A stretch of DNA of 64,000 bases, from assembly GCA_964035545.1 (NCBI GenBank), contig OZ037768.1, positions 10,200,741-10,264,740 on the forward strand, read 5' to 3'. Shown here one piece after another: positions 46,301-59,438 of the stretch (its first letter is position 1; each line of letters starts with the position of its first letter). The DNA comes from Bugula neritina. Lineage: Eukaryota > Animalia > Bryozoa. The notes below the pieces were generated by a model. It did not search any database, was not told where the DNA came from, and saw only the letters and a list, made by a program, of their open reading frames with translations. Position numbers and translations under genes: made by a program.

Positions 46301-49300
46301 ATATATAATGGGCAATATTGGATGTTAACTGGTTGATAGTGTTTGGAAATTTAAAATCAGCTTTTCAGTCTGATTCTAAACGTGCAATATGATGAGTTAT
46401 GTGAGTGGGGGGGAAGGGGTGAAGTGCCGAGGTGTGGTGTAGCTGAGTGCATTGTCTAAATGAAAAGAAAATCCATAGTTTTACCTACGTGCCGAGCAGA
46501 TGTTTTATTGAATTCTGGCATCATTGAAGATAGCATAACACATTTCATTATTGAAATCATAATTTACTCTTTCTTGTAGTGAGTGTGAGATTCTAATGGT
46601 TCTCAAAAGCATCCTTATAATATGCATACTTCTTATAACTGAAGATAAAATAACTGCATAGACAAGTGCTTTAATCATTTAAACTGAACCCTGAATGACA
46701 CTCACATAGTTTGACAGATAAAAGCAGACAACTTACGATTCTCTGTGTATGTCTTCGACAGACTCTCCTGAGAGCTTCTTCAGCTCTGCAATGGATCCCA
46801 CACACACAATCTCCTCGCCATCTTCACTGATCCAGAGAGGAAGTGGAGTGCCCCAGTAGCGGTTTCTACTTACTGCCCAGTCTCTGGCCCCCTTCAGCCA
46901 ATTAGCAAATCTTTTCTCTTTCACAAAATCTGGCACCCTTGAAAGTATGCAATATATTCACACCATCAGGTATACTACCAGACCAACCTAGTCCTTGGTA
47001 TTCATATTAGACGTCTGGGGATGTATTACAGTCTACAGATGGCAAACTATTGTATGAAAGACTGAAACTTTTTTTTAGGATGACTGCTTCCTTTAATACT
47101 GCCAAACAAATAAATACTGTGACACAAAGTCATAAGCTGATCTTTCTACCATAACATGGGTTAAAATCTACTAAACTACTTATTCTTAATACCTGCCATT
47201 TATAAGCACCCGCAATACAGGTTCTGGCGTAACCTACCAGTAAGACTTTGAGTTGTTTTCTAGAAGCTGGTCCACTATAGTTTCTACTGTGACGAACCAG
47301 CTGGGCACTGCTTTGTATATCAGTGGAGTGTCAGACCTGGAAAATATGTCATACACTAATGAATACCATGCTACTTTCACCATACCGTGCGTGCGTGTGT
47401 ACATATGAGTGTGTGCGGTTTGTGCCTGTGTGAGTATGTGCGTGCATTTGATATACTTTAGTATGTTACACTATGTTCAGTATATTATATACACTATTTA
47501 ATGTAACATAAATATACTTAAGGTAGCAGCTGTATTGGCAAACACATTTTATAGTGAAGTAGAAGTGGCATGAGTTTAGCAATAAAAGGTGAGAAAGTTA
47601 GAACTGAGACACCGTCTTTCGGGAAGTTGTAGCATTCCACATTTATTCTTCTCTGTTAAGTTAATAACTGGTTGTTGACAAAACAATTTTGCTTGAAATA
47701 TTTTTTGTTACAAATTCGCTCTACGCTCTACAGCAACTTATTTATGAGAAGAAGCCCTTCAAAGTATTATATTTCTATTGGAGTGGTGACTAAAGGCATT
47801 ATTAAGCTAAGTTCAATTGTATTAAAATCAATATTTCAGCCTTACTTTATTGACATTTCTTGCCTGAACAATCTTGAGACTTGATTTGGCTGTGTGCTTA
47901 TATTGTTTGCTATGTTAGTATTAATAACAAGGAAGTACAGTATTATTCAGTTTAGTATAATTGATATTCAATGAGATGCAGAATAGGCAGCCATACTCCA
48001 GTAATGAAATAACATTGTATTCCAGTAGCTCAAAAGACTGCATGCCAGTCACTGTTCATAAACATACTGCAATATGTTATTACTATTTAATGGTTTAGTG
48101 GCTGAAAGATTAATGTTTTAATGTAAGTAGACCCAAGTTTACTTCACTTTGAGAATTTCTTTCACTTTTATTTCTGATGAATTAAATAAATGCTCATGAT
48201 AGTTACCTATACGCATGCCCAGCTGCACATCATATCACACTGCGATTTTCAATATAAAAACACGCTCTAAGAGATGGAACGTAACATTTTGCTGAAGTGG
48301 GATTTGCAAAACTACTGATTCCATTTTAAAAATTTAAACAAACTTATAGAAGTTTCCTACGCCCCGCCAATAGCTAATCTGAAACCGCTAATTTTTAAGT
48401 CACAACATTGCATACTACACGTAACATAACAGCACATAAATGATAAAAACAACAGGCATTCTAAGAAATAGCTATAAATTACAACAAAGAACACAAGAGC
48501 ATATAGCATTATACAAAATAAACGTAGAACCATGCGAACACAGAGCATTCATTATAATGACAACTAACCTCCAGCAGAAAGGGTAGCTGTGCTTGATAGT
48601 CTGATGATCAATCAGTCGATTCCTTGTCTTCAACATCCTGATGATCTCTTTGTCGGCATCTTTGACATACTGACCGCAGAAATCTTCCACTGGCTGGGTG
48701 AAGCGCCCACATTCGTCAACTGGGCATACCAGTTCTCCATCCTTGGCAATTATGCCATTAGCTAGGCACACTCGATAATCATCCTACAGTAGTAAATATT
48801 ATTAGAGTACTATATTATTCAGGGGGTTTTGCTTAGTGGATCAGCAAAACCCTCTAGAGAGCCAAGTTGCGAGAAGAAATTTAGTCACATTAATATACAA
48901 TGGTAAAACGTAATGTACCTCTCCGAAATAGGGAGCTTGATGTACAATACCAGTACCACTAGCATCAGTGACGTATTTATCTGTTAAGACTGTGAAGGCA
49001 CCAGTGTCACCTCTATGTTTGAAGTAGTTAAACAGAGGCTCATATTTCAAGCCTGCGAGATCAGTCCCTTGATATCTGCAATACAAAATAATCTGTATCA
49101 AACAAGACATGCTATAAGGTGTCTGGTTAAGAAAATCTTGACGTTATATGTAAGTTCTCCACAGTAGCAGCATTATGACACCCAACATAGTATTTACTTG
49201 GTGCCAACAGCTCTCAAGCTGTGTTTACAGTTGGACCTTCCTGTATACACATGAATAGGATAAGCCTAAAAGTTTAGAGCCAACAAACCTTTTGCTGACT

Positions 49301-52009
49301 GTGTATTCAGAGTCATTTTTATAGAGAGAACAGAGTCTTTTTTCCATAAGAATAAACTCTTTATTACGTTTCTCATCTGCAATAGAATAGAATAAAATGT
49401 ATGATAAAAATTACTGAGCGTATATACTGGGTTTAAAGTATCTCAGTTTAAACATTGATGTGTACACTTAGCCTTGGGCCACACGGTGCGTATTTTCGCA
49501 TGCGAAAATTGAAACCACAAGTAGCAAAGGCGTCCACTGTAGCGTCAGTGATGCGTGATAAATAAAGCTTTCATTTTTAAATCGCAATCGCTTTCAATAA
49601 AACGCAATTTAGTGGAATTTAGCACTAAAATAAAGAAATGGGCTCGCTTAATAACTATCAGCCAATTAGGTGACGACGACAGAGACGATTCGCACTTGCG
49701 TTGAAAATGCAGAGCGACAAGTGCGAATGTTTTCTCAACGCGCACAGTGGACACCTTTGCTACTTGTGATTTCAATTTTTGCATGCGAAAATACGCACAG
49801 TGTGGCCCTAGGCTTATAGAAAGAAGAAGTTTGATGCAAGAACAAACCATTTCTAAAATATAGTTGATTAGATAACACAGATAAATAGAAATACACTAGC
49901 AGTAACTGCAATAATCTTCAGAATAGGTGAAAGGGTGGCCATACCTCTAACTTTGACATAAGTCTCATTAGGATTCACACATAGGGCCAGATTGCTAGGA
50001 AGGGTCCAAGGGGTAGTAGTCCAAGCCAGGAAGCTAACACCAGCTTCATCTGTGTTGTTTATTATAGGAAATGAAACTATAACTGCGGGATCAACAACAT
50101 CTTTGTAGTTTTGACCAGCTTCAAAGTTAGATAAAGGAGTGTTGCATCCTGTAGAGTATGGCATGACCTAAAATCAAACGTTGAATTTTTGACTCCAGAT
50201 CCATTATACATATATGTGTGATTGATCAAATAAGCCAGTAATAGTGAATGTGCAAATCCTATTAAGAGACCATTAGAATTGTCAATAAAATAATATTTCA
50301 TAAAGATTAATAGAATATTCCTTAATTAATAAAAACGCAACTCATGCAGTTTGGAAAACTATAAGATCTGAAGATTATTCTCTTTATTTTACAACTAACT
50401 GAAGCTTTCAATGCAGAAATATAAAAGTAGTGTAATGAAATTAGGTCGCCTTTAAAACTACACTAGTATAGCATACTTTAAACAAAAACTCGAAGTGTTA
50501 AACTAAAACCAAAGCGTTATTTTACTCGACTTTTTTCTGGTGTATAAGTGCAGAATAATTAATATTAGACCGTTGGAAGTTTATAATGACATGATACACA
50601 CGATATGGTGTGAACCAACCTTGAAACCTTTGTAAACCATGCCTGTGTCAAACAGCTGTTTGAACACCCACCACACAGACTCCATAAACCAGGGGTACAT
50701 TGTCTTGTAGTCATTCTTGAAGTCAATCCACCTGCCCATTCTTGTCACAATGTTCTACAGCAAGCAATACTAGCAATTTTGCAAATCTGTTGTTTACTTA
50801 TAACTATCTATGGCTTTATTAATAACAATAACAAGATCAAATAGCCGTTTGAACTTCATATTTTACTTGAAACACCATTGGTTCATTGCTGGAAACCAAA
50901 AATGTCATTAGAGAAACTCCATTTAATAATAAAGAGTTGATATATGTAGGGTAATTACATGAAATTTCTTGAAATACTAACTGTAAACTGTAATACTGTA
51001 AACTTACTTGTTTATGAGATACTATAAATAACAGCAGCTAGACTAAACATTCAAAAATTAACTTAATTGAGCATATTATTTAGGAAAAAACTTTACCTCC
51101 CAATCTTTAGAGTACCTCATCACAATATTTCTACATTCTTGATTGTACTTTTCTATTCCAATTTCCAACACATCTGCAGGTTTCGTAATGCCCAATAACT
51201 TGTCAATTTCATATTCCTGAGAACATACAGCTTATGAGTACTTTATAAAACTACTTCAAAAATTGCAGTGAGTCATGATTCAATAAGTGTAGGAGATTAA
51301 ACTTAAGTGTAGTTGAAATTAGTACTACAAATAATAGTAATTTATCATAAAAAAATTGTAAATTTTTGTGTAAATCATAGACAGATCAAAAATATGAACA
51401 AAATTTATGAAACAGAAAAAGCAGCACTTACAACAGGAAGACCATGGCAATCCCAGCCAAAGCGTCTCTCAACATAACACCCATTCATAGCCGCCCATCT
51501 GGTGATGGTGTCTTTGATAGTGCCAGCTAGGATGTGGCCATAATGGGGCAGACCAGTAGCAAATGGTGGACCATCATAAAACGAGTATCTAAACATCAGA
51601 TAACAACAATCTATAACATCCATTCATCCAACAAAGTTTGACAAACTTGAAATATTTAATAAGTTATTAAATGCACAAACATACTGCTTCTAAAAAGTTA
51701 TTGCATACAATGAATAATCAAAATTAGCAGCAAGGCAGACCTCTAATCGTGAACATGAAATAAAGAAACGCAAAATAATATTAGGAAAAATTGTTTGAAG
51801 CATGCATGGGTATTACAAAACAAAACATGGTCACAAAATTGCTATTGTTGCAAAAAAGCTCTATTGTTATTTAACAATAACACTCCCTACCTGGGCCGAC
51901 CCTCAGCCTTTTTGAGACTGTTTTCAAAAGCATTTATTGATTTCCAATAGTCTAAAATTTCTTCCTCTGCCTTAGGAAAGTCCATTCGGTCAGCAACTGG
52001 TGCCACCAT
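40397..52009 (-). CDS. IARS1: Cytoplasmic isoleucyl-tRNA synthetase, multi-exon (exact 3' end uncertain)
   Basis: Start [19 protein letters not shown]; [18 protein letters not shown] (HIGH motif), [68 protein letters not shown] (KMSKS motif), [10 protein letters not shown]. Confidence 0.97.
42023..42471. repeat. 25-bp minisatellite, about 18 copies, spanning an IARS1 intron/exon junction
   Basis: Unit tatgtagtctgtacagttatatagt at 42023, 42048, 42073 and onward. The first copy contains the real acceptor (minus strand ctgtgcag|GCTACATA at 42031/42030). Confidence 0.95.
42877..43126 (-). mobile_element. tRNA-derived SINE-like element with a (TG)n-type tail
   Basis: Minus-strand head GGTGGGCGTAGGTAGG...GAAGTCATGGGTTCGAACCCC (B box), a body with a tandem duplication of about 22 bp (aaatcgaggtaaagacttattc), and tail gtgtgtgtgtgtgcgtgcgcgtgtgtgt. 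Confidence 0.6.
49471..49813. mobile_element. PIF/Harbinger (Tourist-like) MITE, 343 bp
   Basis: TIRs of about 75 bp (gccttgggccacacggtgcgtattttcgcatgc... / ...gcatgcgaaaatacgcacagtgtggccctaggc), with TTA on both sides (49468-49470, 49814-49816). Confidence 0.9.
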
Positions 52010-52229
52010 GCTCACAATGATTTATCTTTTAAAATAAAACAGTATTATAGTAACTTTGGCTACTGTTCTATATCTTTAGTCATTGTCAGTATTGTAATAA
52101 CTTTGGCTATTGACAATGACCAAACGCCAAAGATATAGAACATCTTTAAGTTGCTTTGGCAAACAAATTTAGCAAAAATATGAGTAGTTGAACAAATAAA
52201 ATGAAGTGCAACATAATTATAAAACCTCA

Positions 52230-52500
52230 AATTACTAATACTAATAGTAATACTGATAGTCATAGTGAGTAATACTAAGTCTAATAACTAATAAGTAATA
52301 ATACTTATACTATAGCCATAGGCATAGCAGTAACACTAACTCTAAGTCTAAGCCTAAGGTAAGGGTAAGACTAAGCATTAGACTTAGTATAACTATAACT
52401 ACAAGTATGAGTATGACTATGAGTATGAGTATAACTATAACTACAAGTATGAGTATGACTATGAGTATAACTATAACTATAAGTATACGTATAATATTAG
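52230..52500. repeat. Hexamer-periodic low-complexity tract upstream of the first IARS1 coding exon
   Basis: agtatg agtatg actatg agtatg agtata actata actaca, repeated. Confidence 0.8.
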
Positions 52501-52824
52501 TTGTCATTAACGACTTAGCAATGATCGTGATTGTAATATAAAAACTAAAATACAAATTTTTAATTTAATACTATAATTCATTATCAATATAAAATAAATG
52601 AGTGAAAGAAGTTGAACACGATCGTGATGCAATGCAAAGAAACGAGAAAAAGTTGACGAGAAAAAGGTTGTGAAGGAAACGCTGTATTGTAGTTGCGTTT
52701 TTAGGATTTCGTGTCATTTCATTACGTTACCATGTTTTAACTGGGCACATGTGGCAAGGTCAGAAAGAATCAAAATGCAATGACAAGATATTATGGTTAT
52801 CAATAAATGAGAAGCGATTAAAAG

Positions 52825-52983
52825 AATGGCTTTATAAGCAGCTCCAGTTTGGGGGTGACTGAGTGCATTAATTTGCAGTTCTCGAGGTTGGAGCTTGGGG
52901 GCTCTTAAACCCGAACAATAAACTCGAGACCCACAAATTACTGCATTTAGTCACCTCTAACTTGGAGCTGCTTATAAACCATT
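52825..52983. mobile_element. Short palindromic MITE (TIRs of about 65 bp) between IARS1 and the Morgue-like gene
   Basis: aatggctttataagcagctcca...ctcgag is the imperfect inverted copy of ctcgag...tggagctgcttataaaccatt. Confidence 0.8.
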
Positions 52984-53796
52984 AAAGAAAAAGAAAAAGC
53001 AGACAGGAATAAAATAGCTTGGTTAAATGTAAAATAATTTTTTTTTTAATTATATAAATAAAATATTTTTAAATCATAAAAAGTTTATAACTTTTTTTTC
53101 AGTATAGTAGAAAAAATCAAGTCAGTGTAAGATAACTCTGAAGGCTCAACACTCGATTAACTAGTTCTAAAACCATCAAGTTGTAGGAAAGAACCAGAAC
53201 ACGAAAATTAAAGTATAGCATTTAAACCACACTTGGCAAAGATTGCATAGAAATAATAGTAATGACATATATTTCAGAGCAAAGGTATAACTGTAATGTC
53301 ATTAAAAATTTTCTAGAAAATAAGTTTTTAAAAGAGTTGTCCCCTATACGTCTTTTTATTATTGAGGTTGTCTAAAATATATTTTTTACCGTCATACTAA
53401 ACACTTTTGTGGGTGTTTCACAAAATTATTTATTCTCTTTGTTAACAAAATACTTTCTTAGTATACATCGCTGAAACTTTTTTGTCCAGTTTGTTGACAA
53501 ATGGGTATAAGTGCTGAACTAGAAATAATATCTTTTCCAATTCATTAGGCATAAGCTAAAAATATTGACAACTCCATGACTCAACCCAAGTTCCTGACTA
53601 AATTGCCATTGGTCTTTTATCTTGCCCTTGGCCCTTGGTATCGAATCAAGCTAGTACAAATTAAAAATGGCCCACCGACAATAACTACTGGGCTACTCGA
53701 AGTATCTTTATATTACATTTGATAAGACAAACTTAAAGGATATACAGAATTATATCAGTGCATCACTGCTCGCTTGTTCTAAATTTTGTGGCTATA

Positions 53797-56700
53797 ATGG
53801 CAAGAGCCACAAATGATGATTCCTTTTCGGAAATGCAAATTGAAAACGATAACCATAATCACCATGATGATGATGATAATATTATTATTAATGATAATGT
53901 TAATAATAATTGGAGTGATTCTAGTAGTGGTTCTCGCAACCAAGATGAAAATGACAATCACAATGAATATGATGCAGTTTTATCAAGTTTCATCCCACCA
54001 GGCTCAGCGTCTGAGCAAATTCAAAATACTTATACTCACAGTCACAGTTGTACTACTACTACTACTACTACTAGTACTACTACTACTAGTAAAACTGAAA
54101 CTCAATATTCTAATTCGTTACCATCCCAAATTCAAGTGAAGGATATAGAGAAATCTTTAATGGAAGATGTCCCATGGAAAAGGAGTCTTCGAAGAATATT
54201 GCTTTGTGATGTAAGACCAACTATGAATAAAAGTGAAAGTCAACTTTATTTATGAATATAGCATTCTCTTTTAAACATCAATTTGAAATTAATTGTTGAC
54301 GCAAATGGAACAATCCAAGACAATTTTTAAAATTAAGTAAAGTCAAAGTGAAACTTCAACTTTCAATACAAGTTTCTTGTCAATTTCAATCGACTAGCAA
54401 GTCAAATTTTTGTGTCTAGTTGGGAAATGCCTCATTTGAAACTGTGACCTATTCTTACAGCTATAGTTAACTTAAACTAGATTTTATGAAATTTTAATCT
54501 GATGAAACGTGAATTAAATACTAGATAAGTGGAGCTAGATGCAAGCATACATTACATGCATTTAATGTTATGATTCAACTTCTTAACCAAAACTAATTGG
54601 AATAAGCAAGTAAATCTAGATCTAGCTAATAAACTTTAGCTTTTGTATTTAGTTTTAATTTTTTTTGCACACATCATACACTCATTACCGCACTGCTTCC
54701 TAGTAAGTAATACTAATAATGCTAGCATAATTTGAAATTAAATAACATATATTAAAATTGGTTCATCAAGAGGCAATAAAAACATGTCGAAGAATTCTTA
54801 ACACTTCACTTATGCGGTATTAAAACAGTCTTACATTTATTAACTTATTAACTCTATCTACATACTGTTTTGCCATTGTATGCTTAAACAATTTTATTTT
54901 ATAAAAAAAATTTGTGCTTGCATCTGGTGAGTTAATTTGGGATTTCTGATCCTTGCAGATGGTGTTTTAGGCTGGCTTTGGTTTTATTGCTACTATAAAA
55001 CTTATACTAATTATAGATAACTTTCATATCGTGCTATTTTTAGCTGTAACCCACAGCTTATTAACTGAGCTTACTTGAATTTTTAAACCTTAAACTGTTA
55101 GCCAGCCCAATGATTGGGCGGTAAATCTGAACTAGGGTTTGTAATGGTTCCATGTTTTACTTCCTACAACTAAGTTCTTCCACCAATGAATATATCTTAA
55201 TGCAATGACTGTATTTAAACTATTTGTAAGTTTAAACATTAAGCTGACAATGAAAAGTTAACTACAGATAGGCCTACATTCATGCATAATGGGGTTATTT
55301 GCTAGCAATGTTCAAATTTCAGTTTTACAAACAGTTTTATTACTGATTTCTGTGTACTGACAACTCATGTAATATAAACAAGTCAACTGAAAACAAAGAG
55401 TGTTCAGATGACTGCATAATACAGTTATTAGCCGGATTCTAACAATGCAAAACTTGCTGTAAAAAGATTTACAATGACCAAGAAAACAATAACCCTAAAA
55501 CTAGTCAAACCTCTAAATGGAACTTTTTGGCTAATCTGCCTAGTTTTTGTGTGAGTGTGTCACTTAATATTTATTTGGCCACAATTTTTTTCAGTCTCCA
55601 ATTTTATTTTTTCTAATTATGAAGAAGTGTTGTAATTAAGTAATTCTAGTAACTGTGTCATACAAATCTGTGCCATAACCCTGAAACATTCAACTTTGAT
55701 GTCCATGTATCATAACTTTCTCCCAGCTGCTTACTTTTGCGTTTCAGTATCCAATATGTTATATGTGTGGAGGATTTTATGGTTCTAATCACTCACAGAC
55801 TGTCTGCACTACATGTCACATATTCCTCTTTTCTTCTCCTGATTTAGAGGAGGAAGAACATTATTTTAATCGACCTTCACGGCTTGGCGTGAGTGATTAC
55901 CATTTTCTTATAACATGTAGACTGCTCATCATGCGAAATCATTTTAGGCAATGGCAATGGTGATTAATCATAGTTGAGACCTACTAGTTGACTAAAGGAA
56001 CCTAATTATACATTGATAGAAAAATATTATATTTTTGTTGGTAGCTTCTTTCATTTTTCTGCTCCACTTTGGAAAGCGTTAACTTTTATTGGCATGTAAT
56101 TTGTATTAATTTACCTTTTTTTACCATTTTAAGTTTGAAAATTGAAAACTTGGTTTTTAGATTGCAATGGTGTTATGCTATATTTTTTTCCTAAACAGAG
56201 TCACAAACCAGAATTTGATGACTCTGGCACAGAAGAGCCAGATTCTCCCTTTGAGGTGGTGGAAGAGGATGCAAATGAGCCCTTAGAAGATTTATTGAAC
56301 CGATCCTCTCCTGAGCCATTCATACGACGACAAACTTCTGTTGATCCTTTAGATGAAATACGTACGTACTGTGCTAATATGTAGATAACCCCTCTTCTTC
56401 CATGTGTGCTATAAGCTTATATAGAAAGTTTACTTCTATGACAATTTATCGGCTCATTCCAAAGAGGCGTGTAGTGGTACTACTGCAAAAATTGCATTAG
56501 CATTTTGGTGTATGTAAATGCTATTACCTGTAAATAAAAATGTGCATCCTAGTTTTATCTATTGTTTAATAGTTGAAAGTGGTATAGATGGTAGATCTTA
56601 CCCTTCTACTGTGGCTTACCTGGTTCGTCTTAAGTCTGAAGAATTGAGAATGAGGGTTCAAAACCTCACGGATTACACTCCTGCAAATGATCCTCTTCGA

Positions 56701-59438
56701 ATGGGCGGGCTGGTGGAAAACCTTCCACCTGAGGGTAAGATTTGGTAGCACTAACCTCAACAGAACTGGTGTTTATTTTTTGCAATTCTTGAGAATCTAT
56801 ATTTACATATTTTAAATGCCAATTTTATTGAAGTCACTTTTTTATAGTAAAAGGATTATAGGCGATTTGATGCTTAATCATGGTTTATGTCATAAGAGAG
56901 CTAAAAATTTTATTAATTTGTCTGATGTAGTCATTTGTAAGATTAACCAGTAAATTCTATTATCTATATGTAAGTATCATGTTTTATTATTTATTATAAT
57001 AAGTCTGGTATTACGTTTCCATAATGTTTTTGTTCTTTTTTATTGGGCTACATATTTTAAGTGGTGCACATAATTTTATGTTGAGTAGGTTAAGTAAATA
57101 ACAAAGAATTCACTCGTAAAAGGTTTTAGGTGTCAAAATTATTTTTAAGATGAACGTTTTTATCTCATTGTTTATGAATTGTAATTTATTTTGTTTCAGT
57201 TTTGTTGCAAATCTTCAAGCACTTGGATGACCTGTCAATGCATTCTGCTGCCAATGTTTGCTCCAAATGGGCAACATTAATAGAATCTGAATTTCCAGAT
57301 CAAAGATGGGAAGCCGGCATAAAGCGGCGATGGCCATTATTCACACCTCGATTCAAAGTACATTCATGGAGAGAAACCCATAATTTATTGTATGTTTTTT
57401 TTTATATTCATTCAATTCTGTTATGTTTAATTGACTGACTGCATGACAGAAGTAAAATTACTGATGCAATTATACTTAGGTACCATCTTCTCAACAGTCT
57501 ACCTTGTGTTTTCTAGAGTGAACAGCTCTTGTTGCTTCTATTGCCTCAACAACATGCAGCTGCTGGTAAGTTCATAAGATATATTATTGGTTCCCAAGTA
57601 GATTGCAAGTGCCAAAGTATAAATTATGAGCAAGTTTGTTTCAGGTGGGTCCCAGTGGTTTGGGACTGTCATGTTTTTACGGATACATGTTTTATATTTG
57701 AATAATTGATTTGGCAGGTTAATAACTTTTTTTATTTGGCTTAGCTAATTGGAACCTATTTGTATTTTATAATCTTTTTCATATTGCATGCAGCGTATGA
57801 GTAATAGAATAAATAAATTTCACTAAATTCATTATTTGTAAACATTTCTATTTTTTAAGATGGTTGATTACTAGTTAATGTAACTTGCATCATTTATGTT
57901 GTTGTACTCGGGTTGTTAGAGTTATTTAGAAGCTGTTATTTCTTTCTGATTGCAGAGTACACCGCCTATTCTAGAGAAGGCTTGGAAACACAGACGGTTG
58001 CAGAGTGAATTGAAAAGCTTACAGAAAGAGCCACCTGAGGGGGTTTGGGCTACGCCTCTTGACAAAAAGGCACATTTTTTCCAAGCTGTGATTATTGGCC
58101 CTAAAGGCACGCCATATGAAGGTGGAAGATTCTTCCTTTATCTACAGGTTCCACAAAGGTGATAAGATTTTCTTGTTCTACAGTTTATTGTAATGCTACT
58201 ATCAACCCTGCATTTCAGCTGCACATTACCTAATTTATTAACCGGTCATTGCTTTCCTATTTTTCTTAGGCATAGCTAAGACATTCTTAATATAAACTTC
58301 CACACTTTATTCCTTGTGCATTTTATTGTCTTTTTCAAAATATGGGCTGCCATGTGTTGTATTACATTCTTTGTCTTCCAATAGTTATCCATTGAGACCA
58401 CCACATATACAGTTTATTACAAAGATTCTACATCCCAATGTTAGCCGTCATGGTGACATCGGATTGGACTCTATCCACCACAACTGGAGTTTAGCTCTTA
58501 CTCTCTCTAAAATATTACTCAGCATACAATCCTTGCTAACAGATCCGTATCTGAAGGTATCTATGGAGCCAGATATTGCTAAGTAAGTAACATATTTTAA
58601 GATACAAGGAGTCAAATTATTTAATAGGCTAATAGCCTTAATTATCTTGTAATGTTTTGTTCAAACTAAAACAGCTTTTCTCTAAAATTACTGTTTTTAT
58701 TGGGACAAGGTTGGGTAGTATTGTGCAATTATCAGTTCTATTTTTCTCAAACCCTCATCTTTCCAAAAGCCTTTTATCTTTGAATGTATGCATAGCTGTT
58801 TCCTCGACAGCAGGGGTGTCTAACCTTTTCAGAGTGAAGGCCACTGAAGGGGAATGTTCAGGTGGGGAGGGCCACATTGTAAACTTCAGTTTGTGCTAGG
58901 GCCATGGCATTAGTATTTTTCAAACTACTTAATTCCAAATTATTAATCATTACACAATTAAGCCCAATAGTTCTGCAGGCTGCATGTTTTGTATCATGTA
59001 TATAAATGAGACATTTTACAGGTGACTTTTCACTCTAATTCATATGTGTGAAAAATAAAGTTATAGATTATGCCTTTGGGGGCCACATATATGTTGGCTG
59101 AGGGCCTCATCTGGCCCTGGGGCCGCCTTTTGGACAACCCTGCTCTACAGCATTAGTAATTTCACCTTTTCCAAGTTTTGTCAACGTTTATGCCCGTTTA
59201 ATTTTTAAGCTTTCAGATTCATTTATCTGTTTAATTTTTTGAATATTATCACCATTTTTTTGTAAACTTGTTATTTGGCTCATGTTATTTTAGGTTGTAT
59301 TCTGAAGATCGAAACCTGTTCAATCAAATGGCTAGAGAATGGACGTGGAAGTATGCCATGACAGAAATTCCACAAGTTTACTTTGGACATGTCGACTTAG
59401 AAAGAGGCTTCTCACCCCTTACAGTTCGCAGTGCATAA
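53797..59438 (+). CDS. morgue: Morgue-like protein: C4 zinc finger, F-box and catalytically inactive E2 (UEV, Cys to Gly)
   Basis: Joined exons give CYMCGGFYGSNHSQTVCTTCH; F-box VENLPPE|VLLQIFKHLDDLSMHSAANVCSKW; UBC fold RRLQSELKSL..IIGPKGTPYEGGRF..YPLRPP..FITKILHPNVSRHGDIGLDSI, with GGA (58461-58463) at the catalytic Cys position; AREWTWKYAM; TAA at 59436-59438. The start ATG (53797 or 54159) is uncertain. Confidence 0.88.
58811..59142. mobile_element. hAT (Charlie-like) non-autonomous element, 332 bp
   Basis: Ends CAGGGGTGTCTAA... and ...TTGGACAACCCTG; 8-bp flanks ctcgacag and ctctacag match at 7/8. Confidence 0.85.
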
